64,000 bases of DNA from an uncultured Patescibacteria group bacterium (GCA_905478415.1 CAJQIG010000004.1:203523-267522), one strand, 5' to 3'. Positions 26,130-36,605 are shown, counted from the stretch's first letter. Translations and numbers: made by a program. The notes: generated by a model from the letters alone, not told the origin.

Positions 26130-28304
26130 TTATTCAGCTTTATTATTAACCATATACTCTGAAATTGCTGGCATATTAACTTCTCTAGGTTTACTACCCT
26201 CTTGCGGACCAACCATTCCAGCAACATACAGTTGATCTAAAATTCGGGCAGCTCGATTGTACCCAACGGAGAATTTTCGCTGAATCATTGAAGAAGAACC
26301 TTTTTGCTGTTGAGCAACATAGTGGACTACTTGATCAAATAACTCATCTCTATCACTTGCATCGCCGCCAGCACCCCCGCCTCCGACATTGACTTTATAT
26401 TTAGTAATGTCTTCTTCGTATTGCGGAGCTTGACCTTGTGACTTAATGAAGTCGATCAATGATTTAATTTCCTGGTCAGAAACATAGGTGCCCTGCACAC
26501 GCAGTGGCTTAGCCTGATCAGGTGGCTGGAATAGCATGTCACCTTTACCAAGTAACTTCTCGGCACCAGGTGAATCTAAGACCACTCGAGAATCAGTCAT
26601 AGACGAAACATTGAAACAAATACGACCTGGAATATTAGCTTTGATCAGACCAGTAATAACATCTACTGAAGGTCGTTGTGTAGCCAACACTAAGTGAATT
26701 CCGACAGCTCGAGCCATCTGGGCAATTCGAGTAATACTTTCTTCGACCTCCCCTGGAGCAAAGAGCATGATATCGGCTAGCTCGTCAATCACAATCACAA
26801 TATTTGGCATGGCTGCATAGCCTGCTAACTCGTTAAATCCAGTGATGTTACGCACTCCAACTTCGGCCAATTGTTTGTAGCGGCGTTCCATTTCGTCAGT
26901 GGCCCATTTCAGAGCTGAGACCACCTTTTTCGGTTCTACAATCACAGGAACGAGTAGATGCGGGATACCATTATATCCAGTCAACTCGACCCGTTTTGGA
27001 TCGACTAGAATAAGTTTAACTTCACTTGGGCTAGCTCTAAAAAGCATTGACGTCAAAAAGGTATTAACGGCCACCGATTTACCAGAGCCAGTAGCACCTG
27101 CGATCAACAAATGAGGCATTTTAGCAATATCGATCATAACCGGCTTACCAGCCACATTAATACCTAAAGCTGCAGCTAGTTTAGATGGATGCTGCTTCAT
27201 AGCTTTGCTGCCAAGCATCTTTTTGAGGGTCACATATTGAGCTGAGTAGTTAGGCACCTCAACTCCGACCAGAGACCTACCTGCAATTGGTGCTTCAATC
27301 CTTATTTGTCCACCAGGTGCAGCAAGGGCAAGTGCTAGGTCTGTAGCTAACCCAGTAATTTTTGAAAGTTTAGTACCTCGAGAAATTTCGAGTGCATATT
27401 GAGTAACCGAAGGTCCATAGTTAACTTCTTTCACTTCAGCTTTAATACCAAATGATGCCAACGTACTTTCGATCACATCTGCATTTGCGTTCACGTCACC
27501 GCGATTGGCCTCACCACCCTCAGAGTTAGAAAGAAGTGACAACGGTGGGTACTCCCAAACTAAAGAGTCAGCAGTGGGTTGAAGCGTGGTATCTGCTAGG
27601 TTGAGTTCTGAAGAACCGTCAGTTTTTGAGCTACTTCCTTCTGGAACAACAGCTGTGCCAACAACTTCTTCAGCTTGCGCAATATCCGCACCCGAGTTAA
27701 TACTAAATCCAGGTTTATCTTCTTTCTTAGAAAAAATTGAGAGTTTAGGGAGTGAAAATCCCTTAGCATTTTTAATATCTACATCTGTAATATCAGTTTG
27801 ATCCTTCTGCTTGGATTTTTTAAGTGGTTTCTTTTTCTCTGGAAAGAAGAGTTCTTTGAGCTCAGCAATTTCGTTGAGAGAAAATTGAGTCAAAATAAAG
27901 AAACCTACCACAGCAATGGTAAAAAATAAGACAAAAGTGCCAGCCGGGGAAATAAGGTCTCCAACATTTTGAGCTGTCTGAGTTCCGATCTCTCCAGTCC
28001 TAAAAGCTCCTAAAAAGCCAAGTAACACCAGCAAAGCACCAAGAAATACGTTTGGCCTTGACCAAGCCCACTTAGCTCTAAAGAGCATCATGCCTGCAGA
28101 AACAAATACAAATGGCAGTAAAAGTGAGGAAAAACCAATCTTTAGCTTGAGAAGTTCATTGAGCTGAGAGAGCAACTCTCCCTGCCCCGTAAAGGAAATA
28201 ACCAGAATAATGCCAATAGCTACAAAAATAGTTCCCAAAATTGCATGCACTGTCTCTGGTTTGAGTGCTAACTGCAGTGCTGATCTTTTTTTACGTCTAC
28301 CCAT
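26130..28304 (-). CDS. ftsK: DNA translocase FtsK/SpoIIIE
   Basis: Four N-terminal TM helices. Walker A LLIAGATGSGKSVAVN, and a C-terminal gamma-like domain. Confidence 0.9.
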   Translation of the reverse strand: MGRRKKRSALQLALKPETVHAILGTIFVAIGIILVISFTGQGELLSQLNELLKLKIGFSSLLLPFVFVSAGMMLFRAKWAWSRPNVFLGALLVLLGFLGAFRTGEIGTQTAQNVGDLISPAGTFVLFFTIAVVGFFILTQFSLNEIAELKELFFPEKKKPLKKSKQKDQTDITDVDIKNAKGFSLPKLSIFSKKEDKPGFSINSGADIAQAEEVVGTAVVPEGSSSKTDGSSELNLADTTLQPTADSLVWEYPPLSLLSNSEGGEANRGDVNANADVIESTLASFGIKAEVKEVNYGPSVTQYALEISRGTKLSKITGLATDLALALAAPGGQIRIEAPIAGRSLVGVEVPNYSAQYVTLKKMLGSKAMKQHPSKLAAALGINVAGKPVMIDIAKMPHLLIAGATGSGKSVAVNTFLTSMLFRASPSEVKLILVDPKRVELTGYNGIPHLLVPVIVEPKKVVSALKWATDEMERRYKQLAEVGVRNITGFNELAGYAAMPNIVIVIDELADIMLFAPGEVEESITRIAQMARAVGIHLVLATQRPSVDVITGLIKANIPGRICFNVSSMTDSRVVLDSPGAEKLLGKGDMLFQPPDQAKPLRVQGTYVSDQEIKSLIDFIKSQGQAPQYEEDITKYKVNVGGGGAGGDASDRDELFDQVVHYVAQQQKGSSSMIQRKFSVGYNRAARILDQLYVAGMVGPQEGSKPREVNMPAISEYMVNNKAE

Positions 28305-28445
28305 ATCTTTAGCTAACTATCCGCTACAATTAAATATTATAGGATGTAATGATCTTTGTCAATACCAGACTTAGTCTCACTACTCTAAACTCTACTATAC
28401 CCTAGGGACACCTCAAGAGACAATCCCAGCTTCTGTCTTCATTTA

Positions 28446-30104
28446 TTATAAATCGAGAATGACGGGAACAATCAATGGTTCTCTACGAATAATCTTATAG
28501 AGCTTGCGTGAAAGGCGTTTCTCGATTAATCGCTTGAGTTGCTCATCATTCTTATATTCTCTAGAGCTAGCAATCTTGGCTGATTCAGTCTTAATGAACT
28601 CAACTACTTCGTCCGCGTCCTTCATAAACACAAACCCTTTTGAAATAACTTGCATGTGTCCCAGATCAAATTCAGATTTTCTCCGTGGTAAAACCACAAC
28701 GACAATTCCTGATTGTCCCAAGGCTTTTCTATCAGCCAAGACAATTGGACCGACATCGCCAATACCTAATCCATCAATGATTTGAGGTTTCAGAGTAATT
28801 TGGTCAACAACACTAAAGGTTCTATTTGAGAAACCGAGCACTTCACCACTTTCTGGTAACAATGTAGTATTCTCATCATAGCCAAGTGCTTCAGCAACTT
28901 TATGGTAAAACAAGACTCTGTGTCGATCTGCACCACCAACTGGCATTAAATACTTTGGTCTGACTGCTTCAACAATAGCTTTCTGTTCTGGCAAACTGGC
29001 ATGACCAGATTTGTGAAGCCCGTGGTTAATGGCTGGATACACCACTTGGACATTATTTCGTGAAAGTTCATCAATGGCTCCGTAGAACGTAAGTTCGTTT
29101 CCTGGAATCGCATCTGCCGAAAAGACGACGGTATCTTGTGGCTTGATGTGCAAAATTCTGTGTTCACCAAAAACGGCACGCATCAGTGAGGATCCTTCTT
29201 GTCCCTGACTTCCTGCCACAATCACACAGAGATCATCGTCAGCAACTTGTTCGATGTGTTTCTTGTCGACTTTAAGACCTTCTGGAATTTCTAACTTACC
29301 AAGGCGAAGAGCCACTTCGACATTTTGCTCAACACTTCGACCAATAAATACTACTTTACGGTTATACTTTTTAGCTGCATTAATTGTCTGTTGAATTCTA
29401 TGCAAGTGAGAACTCATGAGGGTCATCACAAACTTACCGTGAGTCTGCTCCATGACTTCTTCGATGGCAGGACCAACGGTTGACTCTGACTCGACCCACT
29501 CATCGTACTCAATTCTGAGACAATCAATAAGCATCAAAAGAACTTCTTTATCCTTGAGAGCTTCGATCGCAGCCATGTCTGTTTTAATTCCATCAACTGG
29601 AGCTTGATCAAGTTTGAAATCACTGCCATGGTATACCAATCCTTCTGGGGTATCGATCACAATGTGGCGAGTGTCAGGAACTGAGTGAGTGACAGGAATT
29701 AGATAGGCTGAAAAATGGGTACCGATTTCAAATGATTCGGAGCCCTTAATAGTAGTAATTGTTCTGTTGACTTTACCATCACTCATACGCTGTTCTGCAA
29801 AACCTGCAGTTAAAGGAGACGCAAAGATTGGAAATTCTGGCAGCGTTGGCATGATGTATGGCGTAGCCGCAATATGATCATCATGTCCATGGCTCAAAAT
29901 CATACCCACAATTTTTGAACCTTCTTCTAGGCGTTTAAGTAAATAGCTTGTATCTGGAATGAGGATATCAACACCAGGCATATGAGTGTCTGGAAAGCCG
30001 ATTCCACAGTCAACAATTAAAATTTCATCTTCATATTCATACAAGAACATGTTTTGCGTTACATGCCCCATTCCGCCGAGCGGTACAATTTTTAAATTTT
30101 TCAT
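28446..30104 (-). CDS. rnj: Ribonuclease J
   Basis: Metallo-beta-lactamase HGHDDH motif, beta-CASP region, and a length of 552 aa. Confidence 0.85.
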   Translation of the reverse strand: MKNLKIVPLGGMGHVTQNMFLYEYEDEILIVDCGIGFPDTHMPGVDILIPDTSYLLKRLEEGSKIVGMILSHGHDDHIAATPYIMPTLPEFPIFASPLTAGFAEQRMSDGKVNRTITTIKGSESFEIGTHFSAYLIPVTHSVPDTRHIVIDTPEGLVYHGSDFKLDQAPVDGIKTDMAAIEALKDKEVLLMLIDCLRIEYDEWVESESTVGPAIEEVMEQTHGKFVMTLMSSHLHRIQQTINAAKKYNRKVVFIGRSVEQNVEVALRLGKLEIPEGLKVDKKHIEQVADDDLCVIVAGSQGQEGSSLMRAVFGEHRILHIKPQDTVVFSADAIPGNELTFYGAIDELSRNNVQVVYPAINHGLHKSGHASLPEQKAIVEAVRPKYLMPVGGADRHRVLFYHKVAEALGYDENTTLLPESGEVLGFSNRTFSVVDQITLKPQIIDGLGIGDVGPIVLADRKALGQSGIVVVVLPRRKSEFDLGHMQVISKGFVFMKDADEVVEFIKTESAKIASSREYKNDEQLKRLIEKRLSRKLYKIIRREPLIVPVILDL

Positions 30105-30134
30105 ATATATATTCCTTTTCTGTAAGAATAGCTA

Positions 30135-30947
30135 TTACTTTTTGTTTTTACGTTTTTTAGGGAGAGGAAACAATTGAATGTTATCACCCCACCCAACATG
30201 TAACCAAAGACCCCTAACCTTCTTTGCATGAGCAGATTTATCAAAGAAAAATGAAGCTACCGAAGCACTCAGGAAAAGAAAGAGTGAAAACCAGTAAGCA
30301 CCATGTGCTTGTCTAAACGGTGGATCAAATACAAAGTATAAGATAACGTGGAAAACAAAGATAATGATCAAGAGCAGTTTCATAATTTGCATGAAGTTTC
30401 CTTGGCCTGGATCTGAACCCCAGATTCCAATAAAAGTAAGCAAACCAAAGAATATACCACCGCCAAGTAATCCATAAAATTGGTACACAATATGCATTCC
30501 CTGAAAAGGAATAAAGATATTTACCAGTGCAATAAAAGCCATAAGTGTCATTCCACCAGACCAAATCACAATATGCGTCCAATGTAAGTGAAAGTATTCC
30601 GAAAGATGATATACGTCAAACTCGGGATCATGCGTTCGTTTTAACCAAAACGTCTTAGTAAGTGAGTGCATCGCCAAAGCTGCAAAGGTAAAAAAAGCTA
30701 AAACTGAAAAAATAGTATCAATAACAAATAAACCAGTCATATTAAGTTGAAAAGCTAGCTCACTTCGAAGTAAATAAAAGAGGAATGACTTCATCCATAC
30801 GTACAGCGTAGGAGTCAGTACAAAGAGGTACATAAACTGTACTAAATCTAAGCGAAAAATTTCCCGCCCTTTACCATCTTGAAATTTATAAATACCAAAA
30901 CCAAAGAGAGTGACTAAAAGTGGAATAGAAAGTAAAAGTAGCTTCAT
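30135..30947 (-). CDS. Polytopic membrane protein, unknown function
   Basis: About 7 predicted TM helices. No recognisable motif. Confidence 0.4.
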   Translation of the reverse strand: MKLLLLSIPLLVTLFGFGIYKFQDGKGREIFRLDLVQFMYLFVLTPTLYVWMKSFLFYLLRSELAFQLNMTGLFVIDTIFSVLAFFTFAALAMHSLTKTFWLKRTHDPEFDVYHLSEYFHLHWTHIVIWSGGMTLMAFIALVNIFIPFQGMHIVYQFYGLLGGGIFFGLLTFIGIWGSDPGQGNFMQIMKLLLIIIFVFHVILYFVFDPPFRQAHGAYWFSLFLFLSASVASFFFDKSAHAKKVRGLWLHVGWGDNIQLFPLPKKRKNKK

Positions 30948-30967
30948 AACTGTTGTGTAGGCATTTC

Positions 30968-31606
30968 TTAAAAAAGATGAGTAATTACTTCCTCAGAAAG
31001 GTTCTTTGTGGTTTTTTGTTCATCTACCCATGCGATGATCTTCTGTATTTTACCAAAATCTGCAGTAAAAGAGTTCTTAACTTTTGTAGCACGCAGCGCT
31101 GCTGCTGGATGATACATTGGCAATACATATTGCGTTGAACCATTCCATGTAACTCGATGCAATCGACCATGTACTTGAGAAATTTTTACATCTGGCAAAA
31201 ACTTGGCCATACTAAATCTCCCAAGGGTCACAATCAACCGAGGCTTAATAAGTTCGATTTCTCTATCCAAATAGGGTTTATATGCCACTATTTCTTGAGG
31301 AGAAGGGTCCCTATTTTCTGGTGGCCGAGCTTTAACAATATTGGTGATGTAGACTTCTTTTTCTTGTAAGCCTACCTCAGTCATCACTTTACGAAACAAT
31401 TTTCCAGAACGACCTACAAAAGGGCGTCTTTCTACCGTCTCGTGATATCCCGGAGCCTCTCCAATAAAGAATACTCTAGCTGTCTCTGGACCTTCTCCAG
31501 GTATAACTTCAGCAGCTGTTGAAACGAGTGGCAACTGAGCAAATGAAGCCTCTAGCACCTCTTGAAGCTTCTGAATCGTTGCAACTGAGCTAAGATCACT
31601 ATTCAT
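30968..31606 (-). CDS. Uracil-DNA glycosylase, family 4
   Basis: Contains GEAPGYHETVERRPFVGRSGKLF, matching the family-4 UDG motif GEAPG..E...G.PFvG.aG. Confidence 0.8.
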   Translation of the reverse strand: MNSDLSSVATIQKLQEVLEASFAQLPLVSTAAEVIPGEGPETARVFFIGEAPGYHETVERRPFVGRSGKLFRKVMTEVGLQEKEVYITNIVKARPPENRDPSPQEIVAYKPYLDREIELIKPRLIVTLGRFSMAKFLPDVKISQVHGRLHRVTWNGSTQYVLPMYHPAAALRATKVKNSFTADFGKIQKIIAWVDEQKTTKNLSEEVITHLF

Positions 31607-31663
31607 GTGTCTATCCTACCATAAAGCCTGAAAAAAATGAGTTTAACTCAAGAAATATAGAAA

Positions 31664-32725
31664 TTAGTACTGTGGAAGGAAAATTTTCTTATTATCCATG
31701 GTAATTACAATTTCTGAATACCCCTTTTCGACAATAATTCTGGCAGCTTTACGAACAGCTCCTTGCAGCGTTCGCTGCAACGTACGTATACCAGCATCAT
31801 ATCCAAGTGGTCGAGTAATGCTTGGCCAGATATCATCGGCAATTACTAGTTGTTCCGGTTTAAGTCCAGCTTCTTTTATAAGTCCAGGAAGAATGTATTT
31901 TTGAGCAATCACAATCTTTTCGTGATCGGTATATGATGGCATGGTGATTTTTTCCATACGGTCCATCACAGCGGTAGCAATAGCGACCGTATTATTAGCT
32001 GTGGCCAGAAAAATAGCGTGCGATAAATTAACTGGGTAATCAATAAATTCATCTCTAAAAGCCACATTTTGACTTGGGTCGAGTAACTCAACCAACACAC
32101 CCATAATATCTTTGTTGGCATCTTCACTCCCACGATCAATTTCGTCTAAAAGAATGACTGGATTCCGGACTCCTGCATCACAGATGCCTTTAATAATCTT
32201 GCCTGGTTCAGCACCGAGAACGAGCCGAGAATTGCCACGCAACTCTTTTGCCGAACCCATACCTCCAAAAGGAATTCTAACTAGTTCTCGGCCCAAAGCC
32301 TCGGCCAATGAGATTGCAAAAGTAGTTTTACCGGTACCAACTAGACCAACAAGCAATAAAATGGGAGCTCTAAACTCACCGTCACCAAAGTTTTGGTTTC
32401 GAAGTTTTAAAACTGAAACGTACTCAAGAAAACGATCTTTTACATCGTACATTCCGTAGTGGTGTTTCTCAAAGATTTCTATCGTTTTTTGAATATCGAG
32501 CGTATCTTGAGTCTCTTTTTTCCATGGAACTTTCAACACCCATTCGATGTACCGAGAAACTTTTTCATATTTTTCGTCATAGCTACCCAACGCCACACTT
32601 CTCTCGAGTGCAACAATATCCTTGTTGACCTTAGAACGCATTTCTTCAGGTAAATCTGTCACACTAGCAACTGTATCCTTGAGTTCTTGAATCTCTTTCT
32701 CTAGGATTTCTTTATAATCACTCAT
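31664..32725 (-). CDS. Lon-like AAA+ ATPase module without a protease domain
   Basis: Contains LLVGLVGTGKTTFAISLAEALGRELVRIPFGGMGSAKELRGNSRLVLGAEPGKIIKGI..NPVILLDEIDR, which is colinear with the Lon A-domain ([42 protein letters not shown]). The protein ends about 80 aa after the sensor-2 region. There is no Ser-Lys protease domain and no full LON N-domain. Confidence 0.6.
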   Translation of the reverse strand: MSDYKEILEKEIQELKDTVASVTDLPEEMRSKVNKDIVALERSVALGSYDEKYEKVSRYIEWVLKVPWKKETQDTLDIQKTIEIFEKHHYGMYDVKDRFLEYVSVLKLRNQNFGDGEFRAPILLLVGLVGTGKTTFAISLAEALGRELVRIPFGGMGSAKELRGNSRLVLGAEPGKIIKGICDAGVRNPVILLDEIDRGSEDANKDIMGVLVELLDPSQNVAFRDEFIDYPVNLSHAIFLATANNTVAIATAVMDRMEKITMPSYTDHEKIVIAQKYILPGLIKEAGLKPEQLVIADDIWPSITRPLGYDAGIRTLQRTLQGAVRKAARIIVEKGYSEIVITMDNKKIFLPQY

Positions 32726-32755
32726 AGGTTAATGGGTTTCTTATCTAGTTTGTTG

Positions 32756-33277
32756 CTACTTCTCTGAAAAATATCCAGCAAAATGGGCACCAGCATAGAG
32801 ACCGGTGATAATTAAAAACATGCCTCCAGCTAAAATAAGGAGAATGTCGTCAGAGCCTGTCTGTGGAAGTTCTTCTGGAATCTCGATACTCTCTCCCCCT
32901 TTAGTAGTAGCGCTGTCTGTACTTGGGTCAGCAACCGTTAAAGTAAACAGTATACTTTCTGTACCAGATGAAATTGAGACTTCGTATGAACCAGCTGTCG
33001 AAACTGACGTCGGTTGATACTGCCAAGATCCATCTACAGCAGAAGTGGTAGATGCCAATACTGAATCAATATCAAATGATACTATAGCTGAACCTGAAGC
33101 CGTACCAACCAGAAGTGGATTGTATCCTTCATGTGCCCAAGTTGATAAAGAACCACCGGTAGAAATACCACCAATAGTCGTCACTTCCAGTCCCTGAGCG
33201 AATGCGGCTGTTGGAAGCACAAAAGAGAAAATAGCAAATAACACGGGTATAACAATAGGTAGTAAATATCTTTTCAT
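32756..33277 (-). CDS. Small LPXTG-type cell-wall-anchored surface protein
   Basis: Signal peptide MKRYLLPIVIPVLFAIFSFVLPTAAFA. The C-terminus is LPQTG followed by the hydrophobic stretch SDDILLILAGGMFLIITGLYAG and a short tail ending in K. Confidence 0.45.
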   Translation of the reverse strand: MKRYLLPIVIPVLFAIFSFVLPTAAFAQGLEVTTIGGISTGGSLSTWAHEGYNPLLVGTASGSAIVSFDIDSVLASTTSAVDGSWQYQPTSVSTAGSYEVSISSGTESILFTLTVADPSTDSATTKGGESIEIPEELPQTGSDDILLILAGGMFLIITGLYAGAHFAGYFSEK

Positions 33278-33287
33278 AGTTCTTTCA

Positions 33288-34223
33288 TTATGACACACTT
33301 TTTACTTTTTCCATATCTCTTAAACGAAGTAAACCAGGTTTAGCACCAACATCTTGAACCACAGAAGCTGCATTTGCCACAGCCCATGCCACAGCAGTTT
33401 CGGGTAATTGACCGCGCAACTGAGCGGCAACATAGGCAGTAATAAAAGCGTCCCCAGCTCCGGTATCATCAATGGATTTGACTGATTTACTTGGAAAGTG
33501 ACGCGAAACTCCTTTTATGATGACTTCGCATCCTTTTTTACCTTCTGTAATCACAATTTGAGGAACATTGGCAACTATTTGATCACGAACTCCTTTTAAA
33601 AGGTTCCATTCTTCCCTATTCACAGAAAAAACCTCAGCCGGCACCGCTGTAATATGAATTTGTTTTGTCTTGAGAAGTGCCAACTCCTTACCACCAGGAT
33701 TCCAAGAAAGCTTATACCTCGGGTACTTTGCTAAGTGTTTGAAAAGTGTAGTGAGCGTATCTAATCGACCAGAAAGGCTCGACAGGTGAATCCACCGCGC
33801 TCGACCAATATGTTCGAGTGGTAAGTCCTTTGGATCAAGCATTGTTGATGCTCCTCGATGTACCAAGATTGTTCGACCGCCATCTCGTCCGATGAGGACC
33901 ACAGATCCCCCCGTTTCTTCTTTCCGTTCTTGAACCACTAAATTGGTGGCTACTTTATTCTTATGAAGATCATCTAATACAATCTTAGAAAAATCATCTT
34001 TGCCTGTTTCACTCACCGCTGCAACTCTGAAGCCAAGACGAGCAAACCCAACGGCTGTATTGCTACCACCGCCGCCACTTCGAATAGTAAAACTCTCGAC
34101 GTCAAGCTTAGCGCCATAGCGTTGGCAAAGCTCAACACCTTGATCTGTTTTACTAACATGAAAATTACTTGATACCACAAAAATATCTACAACAGATGAA
34201 CCAATAGTGATAATGTCGTACAT
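33288..34223 (-). CDS. PfkB-family carbohydrate kinase (ribokinase-like)
   Basis: C-terminal DTGAGDAFITAY motif, and an N-terminal GG dipeptide region. Confidence 0.75.
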   Translation of the reverse strand: MYDIITIGSSVVDIFVVSSNFHVSKTDQGVELCQRYGAKLDVESFTIRSGGGGSNTAVGFARLGFRVAAVSETGKDDFSKIVLDDLHKNKVATNLVVQERKEETGGSVVLIGRDGGRTILVHRGASTMLDPKDLPLEHIGRARWIHLSSLSGRLDTLTTLFKHLAKYPRYKLSWNPGGKELALLKTKQIHITAVPAEVFSVNREEWNLLKGVRDQIVANVPQIVITEGKKGCEVIIKGVSRHFPSKSVKSIDDTGAGDAFITAYVAAQLRGQLPETAVAWAVANAASVVQDVGAKPGLLRLRDMEKVKSVS

Positions 34224-34300
34224 GGGCAGGTACTTCTCTCTCTTTACGTACTGTCCTTAGTGTACTACAGGTAGGCACTGCTTTTCAAAGAGTAGTATTG

Positions 34301-34933
34301 TTACTTTTTTGGAGCTCGAGCAGGCAAACCACATCTGTCAGCTAATTCGTCGGAAAATTCTTTCAGAGCTGCGATCATCTCGTCCTCATTTGTCACAATC
34401 TTATAAACTTTAGCCTCTTTTTCACCGACAAAGAAATGATCGTTAACGACTCGAAGTAAATCGTGCCAAAATTCGCCATATAAAATCAATGGTTTGTGAT
34501 TGCCGTAGTAGAGATGAGCCAACAGCCATGCAGTTGCCCACTCACTCAGCGTACCCGTTCCACCTTCGAAACAAATAAAGGCATCAGCGTGATCCATTAG
34601 GCCAAACATTCGCTCAATATAATTTGATGTCTTGATTTCCACATCGGCTTCATTTTCGGTAAAACGACCTTCAAATTCGGGCATGTCTGTTGGGTAAAAG
34701 GTGACTACTAAGGTGTCGCCATCGGCTGATTCAGCTCCCTTGGTGGCTGCGTCCATTACTCCTGGGCCACCACCATTAACGATGGTGTAGTTATGATAAG
34801 CCAGGTAGCGAGCAACTTTGAAAACATCTTTATAGAGCGGATGGTTTTCATCAACATCAGCACTCCCAAAAATGGCAATGTTCTCGATTGTACATTGTCG
34901 CTGTGGCTTTGGAATTTTAATCGAAGTTTTCAT
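34301..34933 (-). CDS. LOG-family protein (TIGR00730, nucleotide 5'-monophosphate nucleosidase-like)
   Basis: Contains IAIFGSADV...IVNGGGPGVMDAATKGA and the PGGTGTLSE-like motif (FEGGTGTLSE). Confidence 0.7.
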   Translation of the reverse strand: MKTSIKIPKPQRQCTIENIAIFGSADVDENHPLYKDVFKVARYLAYHNYTIVNGGGPGVMDAATKGAESADGDTLVVTFYPTDMPEFEGRFTENEADVEIKTSNYIERMFGLMDHADAFICFEGGTGTLSEWATAWLLAHLYYGNHKPLILYGEFWHDLLRVVNDHFFVGEKEAKVYKIVTNEDEMIAALKEFSDELADRCGLPARAPKK

Positions 34934-34963
34934 TTCTGTCCTTTTTCTAGTGCAGTACAACCC

Positions 34964-35641
34964 TTATTTCATCATCCCGTCATATAACGAATCGAATGCT
35001 GCCTCAATATCTTTCGTGTTCCACAATACACTGCCAACCACTACTGTATCAACACCCAGTTCTTCAAGTTTAGAAAGGTGAACTGGCTTGACGCCCCCAT
35101 CAACAATCAACTCAATATCTGGGTTAACTTGATCAAGTAAGGCTCGTGCATCAGCAATCGTTTTATAGGTATGTTCGATAAATTTTTGACCTTGAAATCC
35201 TGCCTGAATACCCATGATTTGCACTACTCGGACATCTTCAAGGGCGCGACGGGAAAGTTCTTCAACTGGAGTATAGGCATCGAGTGAAAGACCTGGCAGC
35301 CAATGTTGCTTCTTTACCTCCTGAACAAAATCCTCTTGTGATGACATCCGTTCGACCTGTCCAATAATCATGTTAAAAGCAACTTCGTCTGCTAATTCCT
35401 TTGCCTCGTAGACATAATCGAGCGGCTCAATGGTCATGAGGTGAAGATCAACTTTAAGATCCTTGAAATTGAATCCGTACAAATCGAGCGGTGAAATAGT
35501 GACGTTGTCAGCATACTCACCGTCAAGTATATCCATCTGCACTGCATCGACCTCATACTCACTACTAAGGGAGTGGAGCAGCTCAAGCTGGTGAGCCACT
35601 ACTTCTGACTGATCACTCAAAATGCTGGGAAGTATTCTCAT
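34964..35641 (-). CDS. rpe: Ribulose-phosphate 3-epimerase
   Basis: Contains MRILPSILS, VDAVQMDILDG, and C-terminal DGGV..VVGS. Start taken at MRIL to avoid overlap with rpiB. Confidence 0.7.
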   Translation of the reverse strand: MRILPSILSDQSEVVAHQLELLHSLSSEYEVDAVQMDILDGEYADNVTISPLDLYGFNFKDLKVDLHLMTIEPLDYVYEAKELADEVAFNMIIGQVERMSSQEDFVQEVKKQHWLPGLSLDAYTPVEELSRRALEDVRVVQIMGIQAGFQGQKFIEHTYKTIADARALLDQVNPDIELIVDGGVKPVHLSKLEELGVDTVVVGSVLWNTKDIEAAFDSLYDGMMK

Positions 35642-35654
35642 AGTTCTCTCTCTA

Positions 35655-36116
35655 TTACCCTTCTGAAGGTGCTTCTTTCTTTGAAATTTTAGTAATTCTA
35701 CGAACATCTTCTGCCTCAGAAAAAAAGTGAGTATCTAGAAAGACGGTCACCATCTGCAGTGCCTGCTCATCTCTCAGATAGTCAGCTGCCAAAGCTAAGA
35801 CATTGCAGTTGTCTGACTTTCGAGCATGAGAAACTTGATCGGGTTTAAAACCTAACACACACCGAATTCCATCGACTTTGTTGGCGGCAATGCTTGCGCC
35901 AACACCCGAACCACACAGTACTATTCCCATAGTCTGAGGATCCTCACTACTTGCCACAGCTTCAGCTGCAGGAAAAGTATAATCTGGATAATCATCATCT
36001 GGATTAAATACGGTCGCGCCATGGTCAATTACTTCGTGACCAAGCGTTGCCAACTCTTCTCTGAGCCATTCTTTTAACTTAAATCCCCGATGGTCGGTGC
36101 CAATATGTACTGTCAT
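35655..36116 (-). CDS. rpiB: Ribose-5-phosphate isomerase B
   Basis: Contains MTVHIGTDHRGFKLK, LCGSGVGASIAANK and GIRCVL, with a length of 153 aa. Confidence 0.8.
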   Translation of the reverse strand: MTVHIGTDHRGFKLKEWLREELATLGHEVIDHGATVFNPDDDYPDYTFPAAEAVASSEDPQTMGIVLCGSGVGASIAANKVDGIRCVLGFKPDQVSHARKSDNCNVLALAADYLRDEQALQMVTVFLDTHFFSEAEDVRRITKISKKEAPSEG

Positions 36117-36172
36117 AGTATATTACCTCTTTCTGCCTCTATTTAGCGGCCCTTAGACCACTCTCGTAAAAA

Positions 36173-36514
36173 TTAATCAAAGCCAAGCTCTGCTCGAGCC
36201 TCTTCAGTCATCATATCAGGAACCCAAGGAGGGTCAAAAGTAAGTTCGACCGTGACATCTCGATTGACATCAAGACCTGGTAGGCCATCAAGCGCATCCT
36301 TAATAAGAGAGTCAAACATTCCCGCCAGCGGACAACCTGGAGTGGTGAGTGTCAGCAGTACATGCACCCAAGGTTTTGTGCCTTCAGACGTCTGAATATC
36401 ACGAGCATCAACTCCATACACTAAACCCATACTCACAATATCGATGTGTAGTTCTGGATCGAGAACGGTTGAAAGTCGCTCCATCACCTGTGCTTCTGTA
36501 ATCGTTGTACTCAT
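36173..36514 (-). CDS. DUF59/MIP18-family Fe-S assembly protein (SufT-like)
   Basis: Contains VLDPELHIDIVSMGLVYGV and a conserved TTPGCP cysteine. Confidence 0.7.
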   Translation of the reverse strand: MSTTITEAQVMERLSTVLDPELHIDIVSMGLVYGVDARDIQTSEGTKPWVHVLLTLTTPGCPLAGMFDSLIKDALDGLPGLDVNRDVTVELTFDPPWVPDMMTEEARAELGFD

Positions 36515-36554
36515 AGTGGTATTTTAGCGTAGTTCTGTGACTTTTAGAAACTAA

Positions 36555-36590
36555 AATCCCCCCGAGAGAATCTCGAGGGGATTTCAGTTT
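36555..36590 (-). terminator. Rho-independent terminator downstream of the 71-aa gene
   Basis: Inverted repeat CCCCCGAGAGAATCTCGAGGGG (9-10 bp stem), followed by a U-rich tract on the minus-strand transcript. Confidence 0.5.
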
Positions 36591-36605
36591 TATTTTAAAA
36601 GATAT

